DNA of 64,000 bases from the human T2T-CHM13v2.0 reference genome, Homo sapiens, in assembly GCF_009914755.1 (NCBI RefSeq), contig NC_060948.1; one strand, 5' to 3'. The position numbers were made by a program, and so were the translations under genes. The notes below the pieces were generated by a model. That model had not been told where the DNA came from. It saw only the letters and a list, made by a program, of their open reading frames with translations, and ran no database searches. Below are positions 13,465 through 27,703 of the stretch, piece after piece (the stretch's first letter is position 1; each line of letters begins with the position of its first letter).

Positions 13465-16400
13465 GAATTCATTGGAATGGAAGGGAATGTAGTGTAATGG
13501 ACAGGCCTGGAATAAAGTGGAATGCTACGGTCTCGAATGGAATAAAAATGTATGGAATGGAATGCAATGAAACGGAATCGAATGTCATAGAATGTAATGG
13601 AATGCAAAAAAATGGAATCCAAAATCATTGACTGGAAAGGCTGGGTGTCGAAAGGAATTGACTCCAATGGAATGGAATCGAATGGAATGGAAGTGAATAG
13701 AATCGAACTAAATCGAATGGAATGGAATTGATAGGAACGGAATGGAAAGGAATGCAATGATTTGGCATGGAATGGAATCGAATGGCATCGAATGGAATGG
13801 AATGGATTGCAATGGAATGGAATGTATTAGAATGTAATGAACTTTAATGGAATGTACTCGAATGGATTCGACTGGAATGGAATGTTCTGGAAGTGAATGG
13901 ACTCCAATGGAATGGATTCAAAAGGAATGGAATCGTACGGAATGGAATCTAATGGAATGGAATTAAATGGAAATGAATCAAATTGAATAGCACGGAATTG
14001 AATTGAATGGAATGGAATGCAATGGAATCTAATGAAACGGAAAGGAAAGGAATGGAATGGAATGGAATGGGCTGGAATGGAAAGGAATCGAAACGAATGG
14101 AATGGAATCGAAGTGAAGAGACTGGAATGGAATGCACTGGAATGGAAGGGAGTGTAATGGAAGGTTCTCGAAAAAAATGGAATCGAATGGAATGGAATTG
14201 AATGGAACGGAATAGAGTCGAATGGAATTGAATGGAATGGAATGGACTAGAGTGAAATGGAATCGAACCACAAGGAATGGACAGGAATAGAATGGTCTCG
14301 AATTGAATGGAATCGTATGGAATGGCATCAAACGGAATGGAATGGACAGCCACGGAATGGAATGCACTCGAATGCAATGGAGTCGAAACTAATGGACTGG
14401 AATAGAATGGACTCGACTGGTACGGACTCCAATGGAATGGAATCGAATGGAAGGGAATCGAACGGAATGGACTCGAAGGGAAAAGACTGCAATGGAAAGG
14501 TCTCGAATGGAATGGAAATTAATGGAATGGAATGGAATCGAATGAAATGGAGTCAAAAGGAATGGAATCGAATGGCAAGAAATCGAATGTAATGGAATCG
14601 CAAGGAATTGATGTGAACGGAACGGAATGGAATGGAATCCAAAGGAATGGAATAGAATGGAATGGAATCGAATGGAAAGGACTCGAATGGAAATCACTCG
14701 AATAGAATGCAATTTAATAAAGTAGGATCAAATGTAATGGAATGGAATGGAAAGGAATCGAAACGAAAGGAATGGAGACAGATGGAATGGAATGGAACAG
14801 AGAGCAATGGTATAGAATGGAATGGAATCATCTGGAATGGAATTGAATGGAATGGAATAATATGAAATGGAATGGAATGGAATGGAATGGAATGCCCTTG
14901 AATTAAATGGACTGGAATGGAATGGACTCAAACAGAGTGGAATGGAAAGTGTGGAGATAGAATGGAATGAACTCCTTTGGAATGGTGTAGTATGCAATGC
15001 AATCGACTGGCAGGGAATCAAAAGGAATGTAATCGAATGGATTGGACTGGAATGCAATGGACTCGAATAGATTGGAAACGGAATGCAAAGGAATGGAATG
15101 GAATAGTATGGAATGCAATGGAAGGGAATGGAGTGGAATAGACTAGAGTGGAATGGAATGGACTGGAAAGCAATGGACTGGAATGGAACTTTCTTGGATG
15201 GACTGGAATCAAACGGAATGGAATGCAATGCAATCAAATGGCATGGAATAAAATAGAATGAAAGAGAATCAAATGGAATTGAATCGAATGGAATCGAATG
15301 GATTGGAAAGGAATAGAATGGAATGGAATGGAATTGACTCAAATGGAATGGACTAGAATGGAATGGATTCGAATGGAAGGCAAAGGAATGGAATCTATTG
15401 GAATGGACTGTAATGGAATGGAATGGAAGGGATTGGAATGGACTCGAATGGAATGGACTGCAATAGAAAGGATTCGAATGGAATGAAAAAGAATTGAATG
15501 GAATAGAACAGAATGGAATCAAATCGAATGAAATGGAATGGAATAGAAAGGAATGGAATGAAATGGAATGGAAAGGATTCGAATGGAATGCAATCGAATG
15601 GAATGGAATCGAACGGAATGGAATAAAATGGAAGAAAACTGGCAAGAAATGGAATCGAAATGAATGGAGTGTTATGGAACGGACTCAAAAGGAATTGAAT
15701 GTAATAGAATGGAGTGGAGTGGACTCGAATATAATGGACTGGAATGGAATGAAATCACATGGAATGGGAACGAATGGAATGGAATGGAAAGGAATGGAAT
15801 CGAATGGAAAGGAATCGAATGGAAGGGAATGAAATTGAATCAACAGGAATGGAAGGGAATAGAATAGACGGTAATGGAATGGACTCGAATAGAATGGACA
15901 CGAATGCTCAAATTGAATGGACTCGAATGGAATGGAAACGAAAGGAATGTCATCGAATGGAATTGAATCGATTGGAATGAAATCGCATAGAATGGAGTGG
16001 AATCAAATGGAATTGAATCGAAAGGAAAGGAAGCGAATGGACTGAAATGAAATGGAATGGAATTGAATGGAAAGTAATGCAATGGAATAGAATGGAACGA
16101 AATTTCACGGAATGGAATCAAACTGAATGGAATCAAATCAATGGAATCCAATCAAATGGAATGGAGTAGATTGGATTGAATGGGATTGGAATGAAATGTA
16201 CTGGAAAGGACTCGAATTTCATGAAACGGAATGGAATGAATTGGAACGGAATGGACTCGAATGGAATGGAATGTCATAGAATGGCATCAAATGGAATGGC
16301 ATCAAATGGAATGGAATCGAATGCAATGGAATGCTATGGAATGGAATGGAATGCATTGGAATGGAATGTCCTCTAATGGAATGGATTCGAGTGGAATGGA

Positions 16401-17008
16401 ATCGAATATAATGGAGTCGAATGAAATGGAATTGAAAGGAATGGGATCGAATACAATGGAATATACTGGAATGTAATGTAATTAACTGGAATGTAATTGA
16501 ATGGAATGGAATGTACATGAATGGAATGTAATCGAATGGAAAGTAATCCAATGGAATAGAATCTAATGCAATAAAATCGACTCAGATAGAGTAGAATGTA
16601 ATGGAATGGAGTGCAGTGCAATGGAATGGAATGGAATGGAATGCAATGGAATGGAATGGAATGGAATGGAATGGAATGGAATGGGATGGAATGGTATGGA
16701 ATGGATAGTAATGGACTGGAGTGAAATGGACTGGAAAGGAATGGACTCAAATTGAAAGGGCTCGAAAGGAATGGAGTCAAATGGAATGGTCTGGAATGGA
16801 ATGAACACGAATGTAATGCAACCCAATAGAATGGAATCGAATGGCATGGAATATAAAGAAATGGAATCGAAGAGAATGGAAACAAATGGAATGGAATTGA
16901 ATGGAATGGAATTGAATGGAATGGGAACGAATGGAGTGAAATTGTATGCAGTAGAATGGAATAGAATGGAATGCAAGCGAAAGGAAAGGAATGGATTGGA
17001 ATGGAATG
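13465..17008 (+). repeat. Unit U5, 3544 bp
   Basis: EcoRI spacing. Shares the CCAATCAAATGGAATGGAGTAG 15-bp deletion allele with U3. Confidence 0.9.
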
Positions 17009-20000
17009 GAATTCATTGGAATGGAAGGGAATGTAGTGTAATGGACAGGCCTGGAATAAAGTGGAATGCTACGGTCTCGAATGGAATAAAAATGTATGGA
17101 ATGGAATGCAATGAAACGGAATCGAATGTCATAGAATGTAATGGAATGCAAAAAAATGGAATCCAAAATCATTGACTGGAAAGGCTGGGTGTCGAAAGGA
17201 ATTGACTCCAATGGAATGGAATCGAATGGAATGGAAGTGAATAGAATCGAACTAAATCGAATGGAATGGAATTGATAGGAACGGAATGGAAAGGAATGCA
17301 ATGATTTGGCATGGAATGGAATCGAATGGCATCGAATGGAATGGAATGGAATGCAATGGAATGGAATGTATTAGAATGTAATGAACATTAATGGAAGGTA
17401 CTCGAATGGATTCGACTGGAATGGAATGTTCTGGAAGTGAATGGACTCCAATGGAATGGATTCGAAAGGAATGGAATCGAACGGAATGGATTCTAATGGA
17501 ATGGAATTAAATGGAAATGAATCAAATTGAATAGCACGGAATTGAATTGAATGGAATCGAATGCAATGGAATCTAATGAAACGGAAAGGAAAGAATGGAA
17601 TGGAATAGAATGGGCTGGAATGGAAAGGAATCGAAACGAATGGAATGGAATCGAACTGAAGAGACTGGAATGGAATGCACTGGAATGGAAGGGAGTGTAA
17701 TGGAAGGTTCTCGAAAAAAATGGAATCGAATGGAATGGAATTGAATGGAAAAGAATAGAGTCGAACGGAATTGAATGGAATGGAATGGACTAGAGTGAAA
17801 TGGAATCGAACCACAAGGAATGGACTGGAATAGAATGGTCTCGAATTGAATGGAATCGTATGGAATGGCATCAAACGGAATGGAATGGACAGCCACGGAA
17901 TGGAATGCACTCGAATGCAATGGAGTCGAAACTAATGGACTGGAATAGAATGGACTCGACTGGTACGGACTCCAATGGAATGGAATCGAATGGAAGGGAA
18001 TCGAACGGAAGGGAATCGGACGGAATGGACTCGAAGAGAAAAGACTGCAATGGAAAGGTCTCGAATGGAATGGAAATTAATGGAATGGAATGGAATCGAA
18101 TGAAATGGAGTCAAAAGGAATGGAATCGAATGGCAAGAAATCGAATGTAATGGAATCGCAAGGAATTGATGTGAACGGAACGGAATGGAATGGAATCCAA
18201 AGGAATGGAATAGAATGGAATGGAATCGAATGGAAAGGACTCCAATGGAAATCACTCGAATAGAATGCAATTTAATAAAATAGGATCAAATGTAATGGAA
18301 TGGAATGGAAAGGAATCGAAACGAAAGGAATGGAGACAGATGGAATGGAATGGAACAGAGAGCAATGGTATAGAATGGAATGGAATCATCTGGAATGGAA
18401 TTGAATGGAATGGAATAATATGAAATGGAATGGAATGGAATGGAATGGAATGCCCTTGAATTAAATGGACTGGAATGGAATGGACTCAAACAGAGTGGAA
18501 TGGAAAGTGTTGAGATAGAATGGAATGAACTTCTTTGGAATGGTCTAGTAGGCAATGCAATCGATTGGCAGGGAATCAAAAGGAATGTAATCGAATGGAT
18601 TGGACTGGAATGCAATGGACTCGAATAGATTGGAAACGGAATGCAAAGGAATGGAATGGAATAGTATGGAATGGAATGGAAAGGAATGGAGTGGAATAGA
18701 CTAGAGTGGAATGGAATGGACTGGAAAGCAATGGACTGGAATGGAACTTTCTTGAATGGACTGGAATCAAACGGAATGGAATGCAATGCAATCAAATGGC
18801 ATGGAATAAAATAGAATGAAAGAGAATCAAATGGAATTGAATCGAATGGAATCGAATGGATTGGAAAGGAATAGAATGGAATGGAATGGAATGGACTCAA
18901 ATGGAATGGACTAGAATGGAATGGATTCGAATGGAAGGCAAAGGAATGGAATCTATTGGAATGGACTGTAATGGAATGGAATGGAAGGGATTGGAATGGA
19001 CTCGAATGGAATGGACTGCAATAGAAAGGATTCGAATGGAATGAAAAAGAATTGAATGGAATAGAACAGAATGGAAACAAATCGAATGAAATGGAATGGA
19101 ATAGAAAGGAATGGAATGAAATGGAATGGAAAGGATTCGAATGGAATGCAATCGAATGGAATGGAATCGAACGGAATGGAATAAAATGGAAGAAAACTGG
19201 CAAGAAATGGAATCGAAATGAATGGAGTGTTATGGAACGGACTCAAAAGGAATTGAATGTAATAGAATGGAGTGGAGTGGACTCGAATATAATGGACTGG
19301 AATGGAATGAAATCACATGGAATGGGAACGAATGGAATGGAATGGAAAGGAATGGAATCGAATGGAAAGGAATCGAATGGAAGGGAATGAAATTGAATCA
19401 ACAGGAATGGAAGGGAATAGAATAGACGGTAATGGAATGGACTCGAATAGAATGGACACGAATGCTCAAATTGAATGGACTCGAATGGAATGGAAACGAA
19501 AGGAATGTCATCGAATGGAATTGAATCGATTGGAATGAAATCGCATAGAATGGAGTGGAATCAAATGGAATTGAATCGAAAGGAAAGGAAGCGAATGGAC
19601 TGAAATGAAATGGAATGGAATTGAATGGAAAGTAATGCAATGGAATAGAATGGAACGAAATTTCACGGAATGGAATCAAACTGAATGGAATCAAATCAAT
19701 GGAATCAAATCAAATGGAATGGAAAGGAATTGAATGGAGTAGATTGGATTGGATGGGATTGGAATGAAATGTACTGGAAAGGACTCGAATTTCATGAAAC
19801 GGAATGGAATGAATTGGAACGGAATGGACTCGAATGGAATGGAATGTCATGGAATGGCATCAAATGGAATGGCATCAAATGGAATGGAATCGAATGCAAT
19901 GGAATGCTATGGAATGGAATGGAATGCATTGGAATGGAATGTCCTCTAATGGAATGGATTCGAGTGGAATGGAATCGAATATAATGGAGTCGAATGAAAT

Positions 20001-20581
20001 GGAATTGAAAGGAATGGGATCGAATACAATGGAATATACTGGAATGTAATGTAATGAACTCGAATGTAATTGACTGGAATGGAATGTAATCGAATGGAAA
20101 GTAATCCAATGGAATAGAATCTAATGCAATAAAATCGACTCAGATAGAGTAGAATGTAATGGAATGGAGTGCAGTGCAATGGAATGGACTGGAATGGAAT
20201 GCAATGGAATGGAATGGAATGGAATGGAATGGAATGGAATGGAATGGAATGGAATGGGATGGAATGGTATGGAATGGATAGTAATGGACTGGAATGAAAT
20301 GGACTGGAAAAGAATGGACTCAAATTGAAAGGGCTCGAAAGGAATGGAGTCAAATGGAATGGTCTGGAAAGGAATGAACACGAATGTAATGCAATCCAAT
20401 AGAATGGAATCAAATGGCATGGAATATAAAGAAATGGAATCGAAGAGAATGGAAACAAATGGAATGGAATTGAATGGAATGGAATTGAATGGAATGGGAA
20501 CGAATGGAGTGAAATTGTATGTAGTAGAAGAGAATAGAATGGAATGCAAGCGAAAGGAAAGGAATGGATTGGAATGGAATG
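17009..20581 (+). repeat. Unit U6, 3573 bp
   Basis: EcoRI spacing. 1-bp deletion near 17593 and 15-bp deletion near 20087. Confidence 0.9.
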
Positions 20582-23500
20582 GAATTCATTGGAATGGAAG
20601 GGAATGTAGTGTAATGGACAGGCCTGGAATAAAGTGGAATGCTACGGTCTCGAATGGAATAAAAATGTATGGAATGGAATGCAATGAAACGGAATCGAAT
20701 GTCATAGAATGTAATGGAATGCAAAAAAATGGAATCCAAAATCATTGACTGGAAAGGCTGGGTGTCGAAAGGAATTGACTCCAATGGAATGGAATCGAAT
20801 GGAATGGAAGTGAATAGAATCGAACTAAATCGAATGGAATGGAATTGATAGGAACGGAATGGAAAGGAATGCAATGATTTGGCATGGAATGGAATCGAAT
20901 GGCATCGAATGGAATGGAATGGAATGCAATGGAATGGAATGTATTAGAATGTAATGAACTTTAATGGAATGTACTCGAATGGATTCGACTGGAATGGAAT
21001 GTTCTGGAAGTGAATGGACTCCAATGGAATGGATTCAAAAGGAATGGAATCGTACGGAATGGAATCTAATGGAATGGAATTAAATGGAAATGAATCAAAT
21101 TGAATAGCACGGAATTGAATTGAATGGAAAGGAATGCAATGGAATCTAATGAAACGGAAAGGAAAGGAATGGAATGGAATGGAATGGACTGGAATGGAAA
21201 GGAATCGAAACGAATGGAATGGAATCGAACTGAAGAGACTGGAATGGAATGCACTGGAATGGAAGGGAGTGTAATGGAAGGTTCTCGAAAAAAATGGAAT
21301 CGAATGGAATGGAATTGAATGGAACGGAATAGAGTCGAATGGAATTGAATGGAATGGAATGGACTAGAGTGAAATGGAATCGAACCACAAGGAATGGACA
21401 GGAATAGAATGGTCTCGAATTGAATGGAATCGTATGGAATGGCATCAAACGGAATGGAATGGACAGCCACGGAATGGAATGCACTCGAATGCAATGGAGT
21501 CGAAACTAATGGACTGGAATAGAATGGACTCGACTGGTACGGACTCCAATGGAATGGAATCGAATGGAAGGGAATCGAACGGAAGGGAATCGAACGGAAT
21601 GGACTCGAAGGGAAAAGACTGCAATGGAAAGGTCTCGAATGGAATGGAAATTAATGGAATGGAATGGAATCGAATGAAATGGAGTCAAAAGGAATGGAAT
21701 CGAATGGCAAGAAATCGAATGTAATGGAATCGCAAGGAATTGATGTGAACGGAACGGAATGGAATGGAATCCAAAGGAATGGAATAGAATGGAATGGAAT
21801 CGAATGGAAAGGACTCCAATGGAAATCACTCGAATAGAATGCAATTTAATAAAATAGGATCAAATGTAATGGAATGGAATGGAAAGGAATCGAAACGAAA
21901 GGAATGGAGACAGATGGAATGGAATGGAACAGAGAGCAATGGTATAGAATGGAATGGAATCATCTGGAATGGAATTGAATGGAATGGAATAATATGAAAT
22001 GGAATGGAATGGAATGGAATGGAATGCCCTTGAATTAAATGGACTGGAATGGAATGGACTCAAACAGAGTGGAATGGAAAGTGTTGAGATAGAATGGAAT
22101 GAACTTCTTTGGAATGGTCTAGTAGGCAATGCAATCGACTGGCAGGGAATCAAAAGGAATGTAATCGAATAGATTGGACTGGAATGCAATGGACTCGAAT
22201 AGATTGGAAACGGAATGCAAAGGAATGGAATGGAATAGTATGGAATGGAATGGAAAGGAATGGAGTGGAATAGACTAGAGTGGAATGGAATGGACTGGAA
22301 AGCAATGGACTGGAATGGAACTTTCTTGAATGGACTGGAATCAAACGGAATGGAATGCAATGCAATCAAATGGCATGGAATAAAATAGAATGAAAGAGAA
22401 TCAAATGGAATTGAATCGAATGGAATCGAATGGATTGGAAAGGAATAGAATGGAATGGAATGGAATTGACTCAAATGGAATGGACTAGAATGGAATGGAT
22501 TCGAATGGAAGGCAAAGGAATGGAATCTATTGGAATGGACTGTAATGGAATGGAATGGAAGGGATTGGAATGGACTCGAATGGAATGGACTGCAATAGAA
22601 AGGATTCGAATGGAATGAAAAAGAATTGAATGGAATAGAACAGAATGGAATCTAATCGAATGAAATGGAATGGAATAGAAAGGAATGGAATGAAATGGAA
22701 TGAAAAGGATTCGAATGGAATGCAATCGAATGGAATGGAATCGAACGGAATGGAATAAAATGGAAGAAAACTGGCAAGAAATGGAATCGAAATGAATGGA
22801 GTGTTATGGAACGGACTCAAAAGGAATTGAATGTAATAGAATGGAGTGGAGTGGACTCGAATATAATGGACTGGAATGGAATGAAATCACATGGAATGGG
22901 AACGAATGGAATGGAATGGAAAGGAATGGAATCGAATGGAAAGGAATCGAATGGAAGGGAATGAAATTGAATCAACAGGAATGGAAGGGAATAGAATAGA
23001 CGGTAATGGAATGGACTCGAATAGAATGGACACGAATGCTCAAATTGAATGGACTCGAATGGAATGGAAACGAAAGGAATGTCATCGAATGGAATTGAAT
23101 CGATTGGAATGAAATCGCATAGAATGGAGTGGAATCAAATGGAATTGAATCGAAAGGAAAGGAAGCGAATGGACTGAAATGAAATGGAATGGAATTGAAT
23201 GGAAAGTAATGCAATGGAATAGAATGGAACGAAATTTCACGGAATGGAATCAAACTGAATGGAATCAAATCAATGGAATCAAATCAAATGGAATGGAAAG
23301 GAATTGAATGGAGTAGATTGGATTGGATGGGATTGGAATGAAATGTACTGGAAAGGACTCGAATTTCATGAAACGGAATGGAATGAATTGGAACGGAATG
23401 GACTCGAATGGAATGGAATGTCATGGAATGGCATCAAATGGAATGGCATCAAATGGAATGGAATCGAATGCAATGGAATGCTATGGAATGGAATGGAATG

Positions 23501-24150
23501 CATTGGAATGGAATGTCCTCTAATGGAATGGATTCGAGTGGAATGGAATCGAATATAATGGAGTCGAATGAAATGGAATTGAAAGGAATGGGATCGAATA
23601 CAATGGAATATACTGGAATGTAATGTAATGAACTCGAATGTAATTGACTGGAATGGAATGTAATCGAATGGAAAGTAATCCAATGGAATAGAATCTAATG
23701 CAATAAAATCGACTCAGATAGAGTAGAATGTAATGGAATGGAGTGCAGTGCAATGGAATGGAATGGAATGGAATGCAATGGAATGGAATGGAATGGAATG
23801 GAATGGAATGGAATGGAATGGAATGGGATGGAATGGTATGGAATGGATAGTAATGGACTGGAATGAAATGGACTGGAAAAGAATGGACTCAAATTGAAAG
23901 GGCTCGAAAGGAATGGAGTCAAATGGAATTGTCTGGAATGGAATGAATACGAATGTAATGCAATCCAATAGAATGGAATCGAATGGCATGGAATATAAAG
24001 AAATGGAATCGAAGAGAATGGAAACAAATGGAATGGAATTGAATGGAATGGAATTGAATGGAATGGGAACGAATGGAGTGAAATTGTATGCAGTAGAAGA
24101 GAATAGAATGGAATGCAAGCGAAAGGAAAGGAATGGATTGCAATGGAATG
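20582..24150 (+). repeat. Unit U7, 3569 bp
   Basis: EcoRI spacing. Shares several variants with U6. Confidence 0.9.
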
Positions 24151-27100
24151 GAATTCATTGGAATGGAAGGGAATGTAGTGTAATGGACAGGCCTGGAATA
24201 AAGTGGAATGCTACGGTCTCGAATGGAATAAAAATGTATGGAATGGAATGCAATGAAACGGAATCGAATGTCATCGAATGTAATGGAATGCAAAAAAATG
24301 GACTCCAAAATCATTGACTGGAAAGGCTGGGGGTCGAAAGGAATTGACTGCAATGGAATGGAATCGAATGGAATGGAAGTGAATAGAATCGAACTAAATC
24401 GAATGGAATGGAATTGATAGGAACGGAATGGAAAGGAATGCAATGATTTGGCATGGAATGGAATCGAATGGCATCGAATGGAATGGAATGGAATGCAATG
24501 GAATGGAATGTATTAGAATGTAATGAACATTAATGGAATGTACTCGAATGGATTCGACTGGAATGGAATGTTCTGGAAGTGAATGGACTCCAATGGAATG
24601 GATTCGAAAGGAATGGAATCGAACGGAATGGAATCTAATGGAATGGAATTAAATGGAAATGAATCAAATTGAATAGCACGGAATTGAATTGAATGGAATC
24701 GAATGCAATGGAATCTAATGAAACGGAAAGGAAAGAATGGAATGGAATGGAATGGGCTGGAATGGAAAGGAATCGAAACGAATGGAATGGAATCGAACTG
24801 AAGAGACTGGAATGGAATGCACTGGAATGGAAGGGAGTGTAATGGAAGGTTCTCGAAAAAAATGGAATCGAATGGAATGGAATTGAATGGAACGGAATAG
24901 AGTCGCATGAAATTGAATGGAGTGGAATGGACTAGAGTGAAATGGAATCGAACGAAAAGGAATGGACAGGAATGGAATGGTCTCGAATTGAATGGAATCG
25001 TATGGAATGGCATCAAACGGAATGGAATGGACAGCCACGGAATGGAATGCACTCGAATGCAATGGAGTCGAAACTAATGGACTGGAATAGAATGGACTCG
25101 ACTGGTATGGACTCCAATGGAATGGAATCGAATGGAAGGGAATCGAACGGAATGGACTCGAAGGGAAAAGACTGCAATGGAAAGGTCTCGAATGGAATGG
25201 AAATTAATGGAATGGAATGGAATCGAATGAAATGGAGTCAAAAGGAATGGAATCGAATGGCAAGAAATCGAATGTAATGGAATCGCAAGGAATTGATGTG
25301 AACGGAACGGAATGGAATGGAATCCAAAGGAATGGAATAGAATGGAATGGAATCGAATGGAAAGGACTCGAATGGAAATCACTCGAATAGAATGAAATTT
25401 AATAAAATAGGATCAAATGTAATAGAATGGAATGGAAAGGAATCGAAACGGAAGGAATGGAGACAGATGGAATGGAATGGAACAGAGAGCAATGGTATAG
25501 AATGGAATGGAATCATCTGGAATGGAATTGAATGGAATGGAATAATATGAAATGGAATGGAATGGAATGGAATGGAATGGAATGCCCTTGAATTAAATGG
25601 ACTGGACTCGAACAGAGTGGAATGGAAAGTGTTGAGATAGAATGGAATGGACTCCTTTGGAATGGTGTAGTATGCAATGCAATCGACTGGCAGGGAATCA
25701 AAAGGAATGTAATCGAATGGATTGGACTGGAATGCAATGGACTCGAATAGATTGGAAACGGAATGCAAAGGAATGGAATGGAATAGTATGGAATGCAATG
25801 GAAGGGAATGGAGTGGAATAGACTAGAGTGGAATGGAATGGACTGGAAAGCAATGGACTGGAATGGAACTTTCTTGGATGGACTGGAATCAAACGGAATG
25901 GAATGCAATGCAATCAAATGGCATGGAATAAAATAGAATGAAAGAGAATCAAATGGAATTGAATCGAATGGAATCGAATGGATTGGAAAGGAATAGAATG
26001 GAATGGAATGGAATTGACTCAAATGGAATGGACTAGAATGGAATGGATTCGAATGGAAGGCAAAGGAATGGAATCTATTGGAATGGACTGTAATGGAATG
26101 GAATGGAAGGGATTGGAATGGACTCGAATGGAATGGACTGCAATAGAAAGGATTCGAATGGAATGAAAAAGAATTGAATGGAATAGAACAGAATGGAATC
26201 AAATCGAATGGAATGGAATGGAATAGAAAGGAATGGAATGAAATGGAATGGAAAGGATTCGAATGGAATGCAATCGAATGGAATGGAATCGAACGGAATG
26301 GAATAAAATGGAAGAAAACTGGCAAGAAATGGAATCGAAATGAATGGAGTGTTATGGAATGGACTCAAAAGGAATTGAATGTAATAGAATGGAGTGGAGT
26401 GGACTCGAATATAATGGACTGGAATGGAATGAAATCACATGGAATGGGAACGAATGGAATGGAATGGAAAGGAATGGAATCGAATGGAAAGGAATCGAAT
26501 GGAAGGGAATGAAATTGAATCAACAGGAATGGGAGGGAATAGAATAGACTGTAATGGAATGGACTCGAATAGAATGGACACGAATGCTCAAATTAAATTG
26601 ACTCGAATGGAATGGAAACGAAAGGAATGTCATCGAATGGAATTGAATCGATTGGAATGAAATCGCATAGAATGGAGTGGAATCAAATGGAATTGAATCG
26701 AAAGGAAAGGAAGCGAATGGACTGAAATGAAATGGAATGGAATTGAATGGAAAGTAATGCAATGGAATAGAATGGAACGAAATTTCACGGAATGGAATCA
26801 AACTGAATGGAATCAAATCAATGGAATCAAATCAAATGGAATTGAAAGGAATTGAATGGAGTAGATGGGATTGGATGGGATTGGAATGAAATGTACTGGA
26901 AAGGACTCGAATTTCATGAAACGGAATGGAATGAATTGGAAAGGAATGGACTCGAATGGAATGGAATGTCATGGAATGGCATCAAATGGAATGGCATCAA
27001 ATGGAATGGAATCGAATGCAATGGAATGCTGTGGAATGGAATGGAATGCATTGGAATGGAATGTCCTCTAATGGAATGGATTCGAGTGGAATGGAATTGA

Positions 27101-27703
27101 ATATAATGGAGTCGAATGAAATGGAATTGAAAGGAATGGGATCGAATACAATGGAATATACTGGAATGTAACGTAATGAACTCGAATGTAATTGACTGGA
27201 ATGGAATGTACATGAATGGAATGTAATCGAATGGAAAGTAGTCCAATGGAATAGAATCTAATGCAATAAAATCGACTCAGATAGAGTAGAATGTAATGGA
27301 ATGGAGTGCAGTGCAATGGAATGGAATGGAATGGAATGCAATGGAATGGAATGGAATGGAATGGAATGGAATGGAATGGGATGGAATGGTATGGAATGGA
27401 TAGTAATGGACTGGAGTGAAATGGACTGGAAAGGAATGGACTCAAATTGAAAGGTCTCGAAAGGAATGGAGTCAAATGGAATGGTCTGGAATGGAATGAA
27501 CACGAATGTAATGCAATCCAATAGAATGGAATCGAATGGCATGGAATATAAAGAAATGGAATCGAAGAGAATGGAAACAAATGGAATGGAATTGAATGGA
27601 ATGGAATTGAATGGAATGGGAACGAATGGAGTGAAATTGTATGCAGTAGAAGAGAATAGAATGGAATGCAAGCGAAAGGAAAGGAATGGATTGGAATGGA
27701 ATG
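24151..27703 (+). repeat. Unit U8, 3553 bp (type A of the four-unit block)
   Basis: EcoRI spacing. Markers AGTCGCATGAAATTG (24901) and GGGAGGGAAT (26531). Confidence 0.9.
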
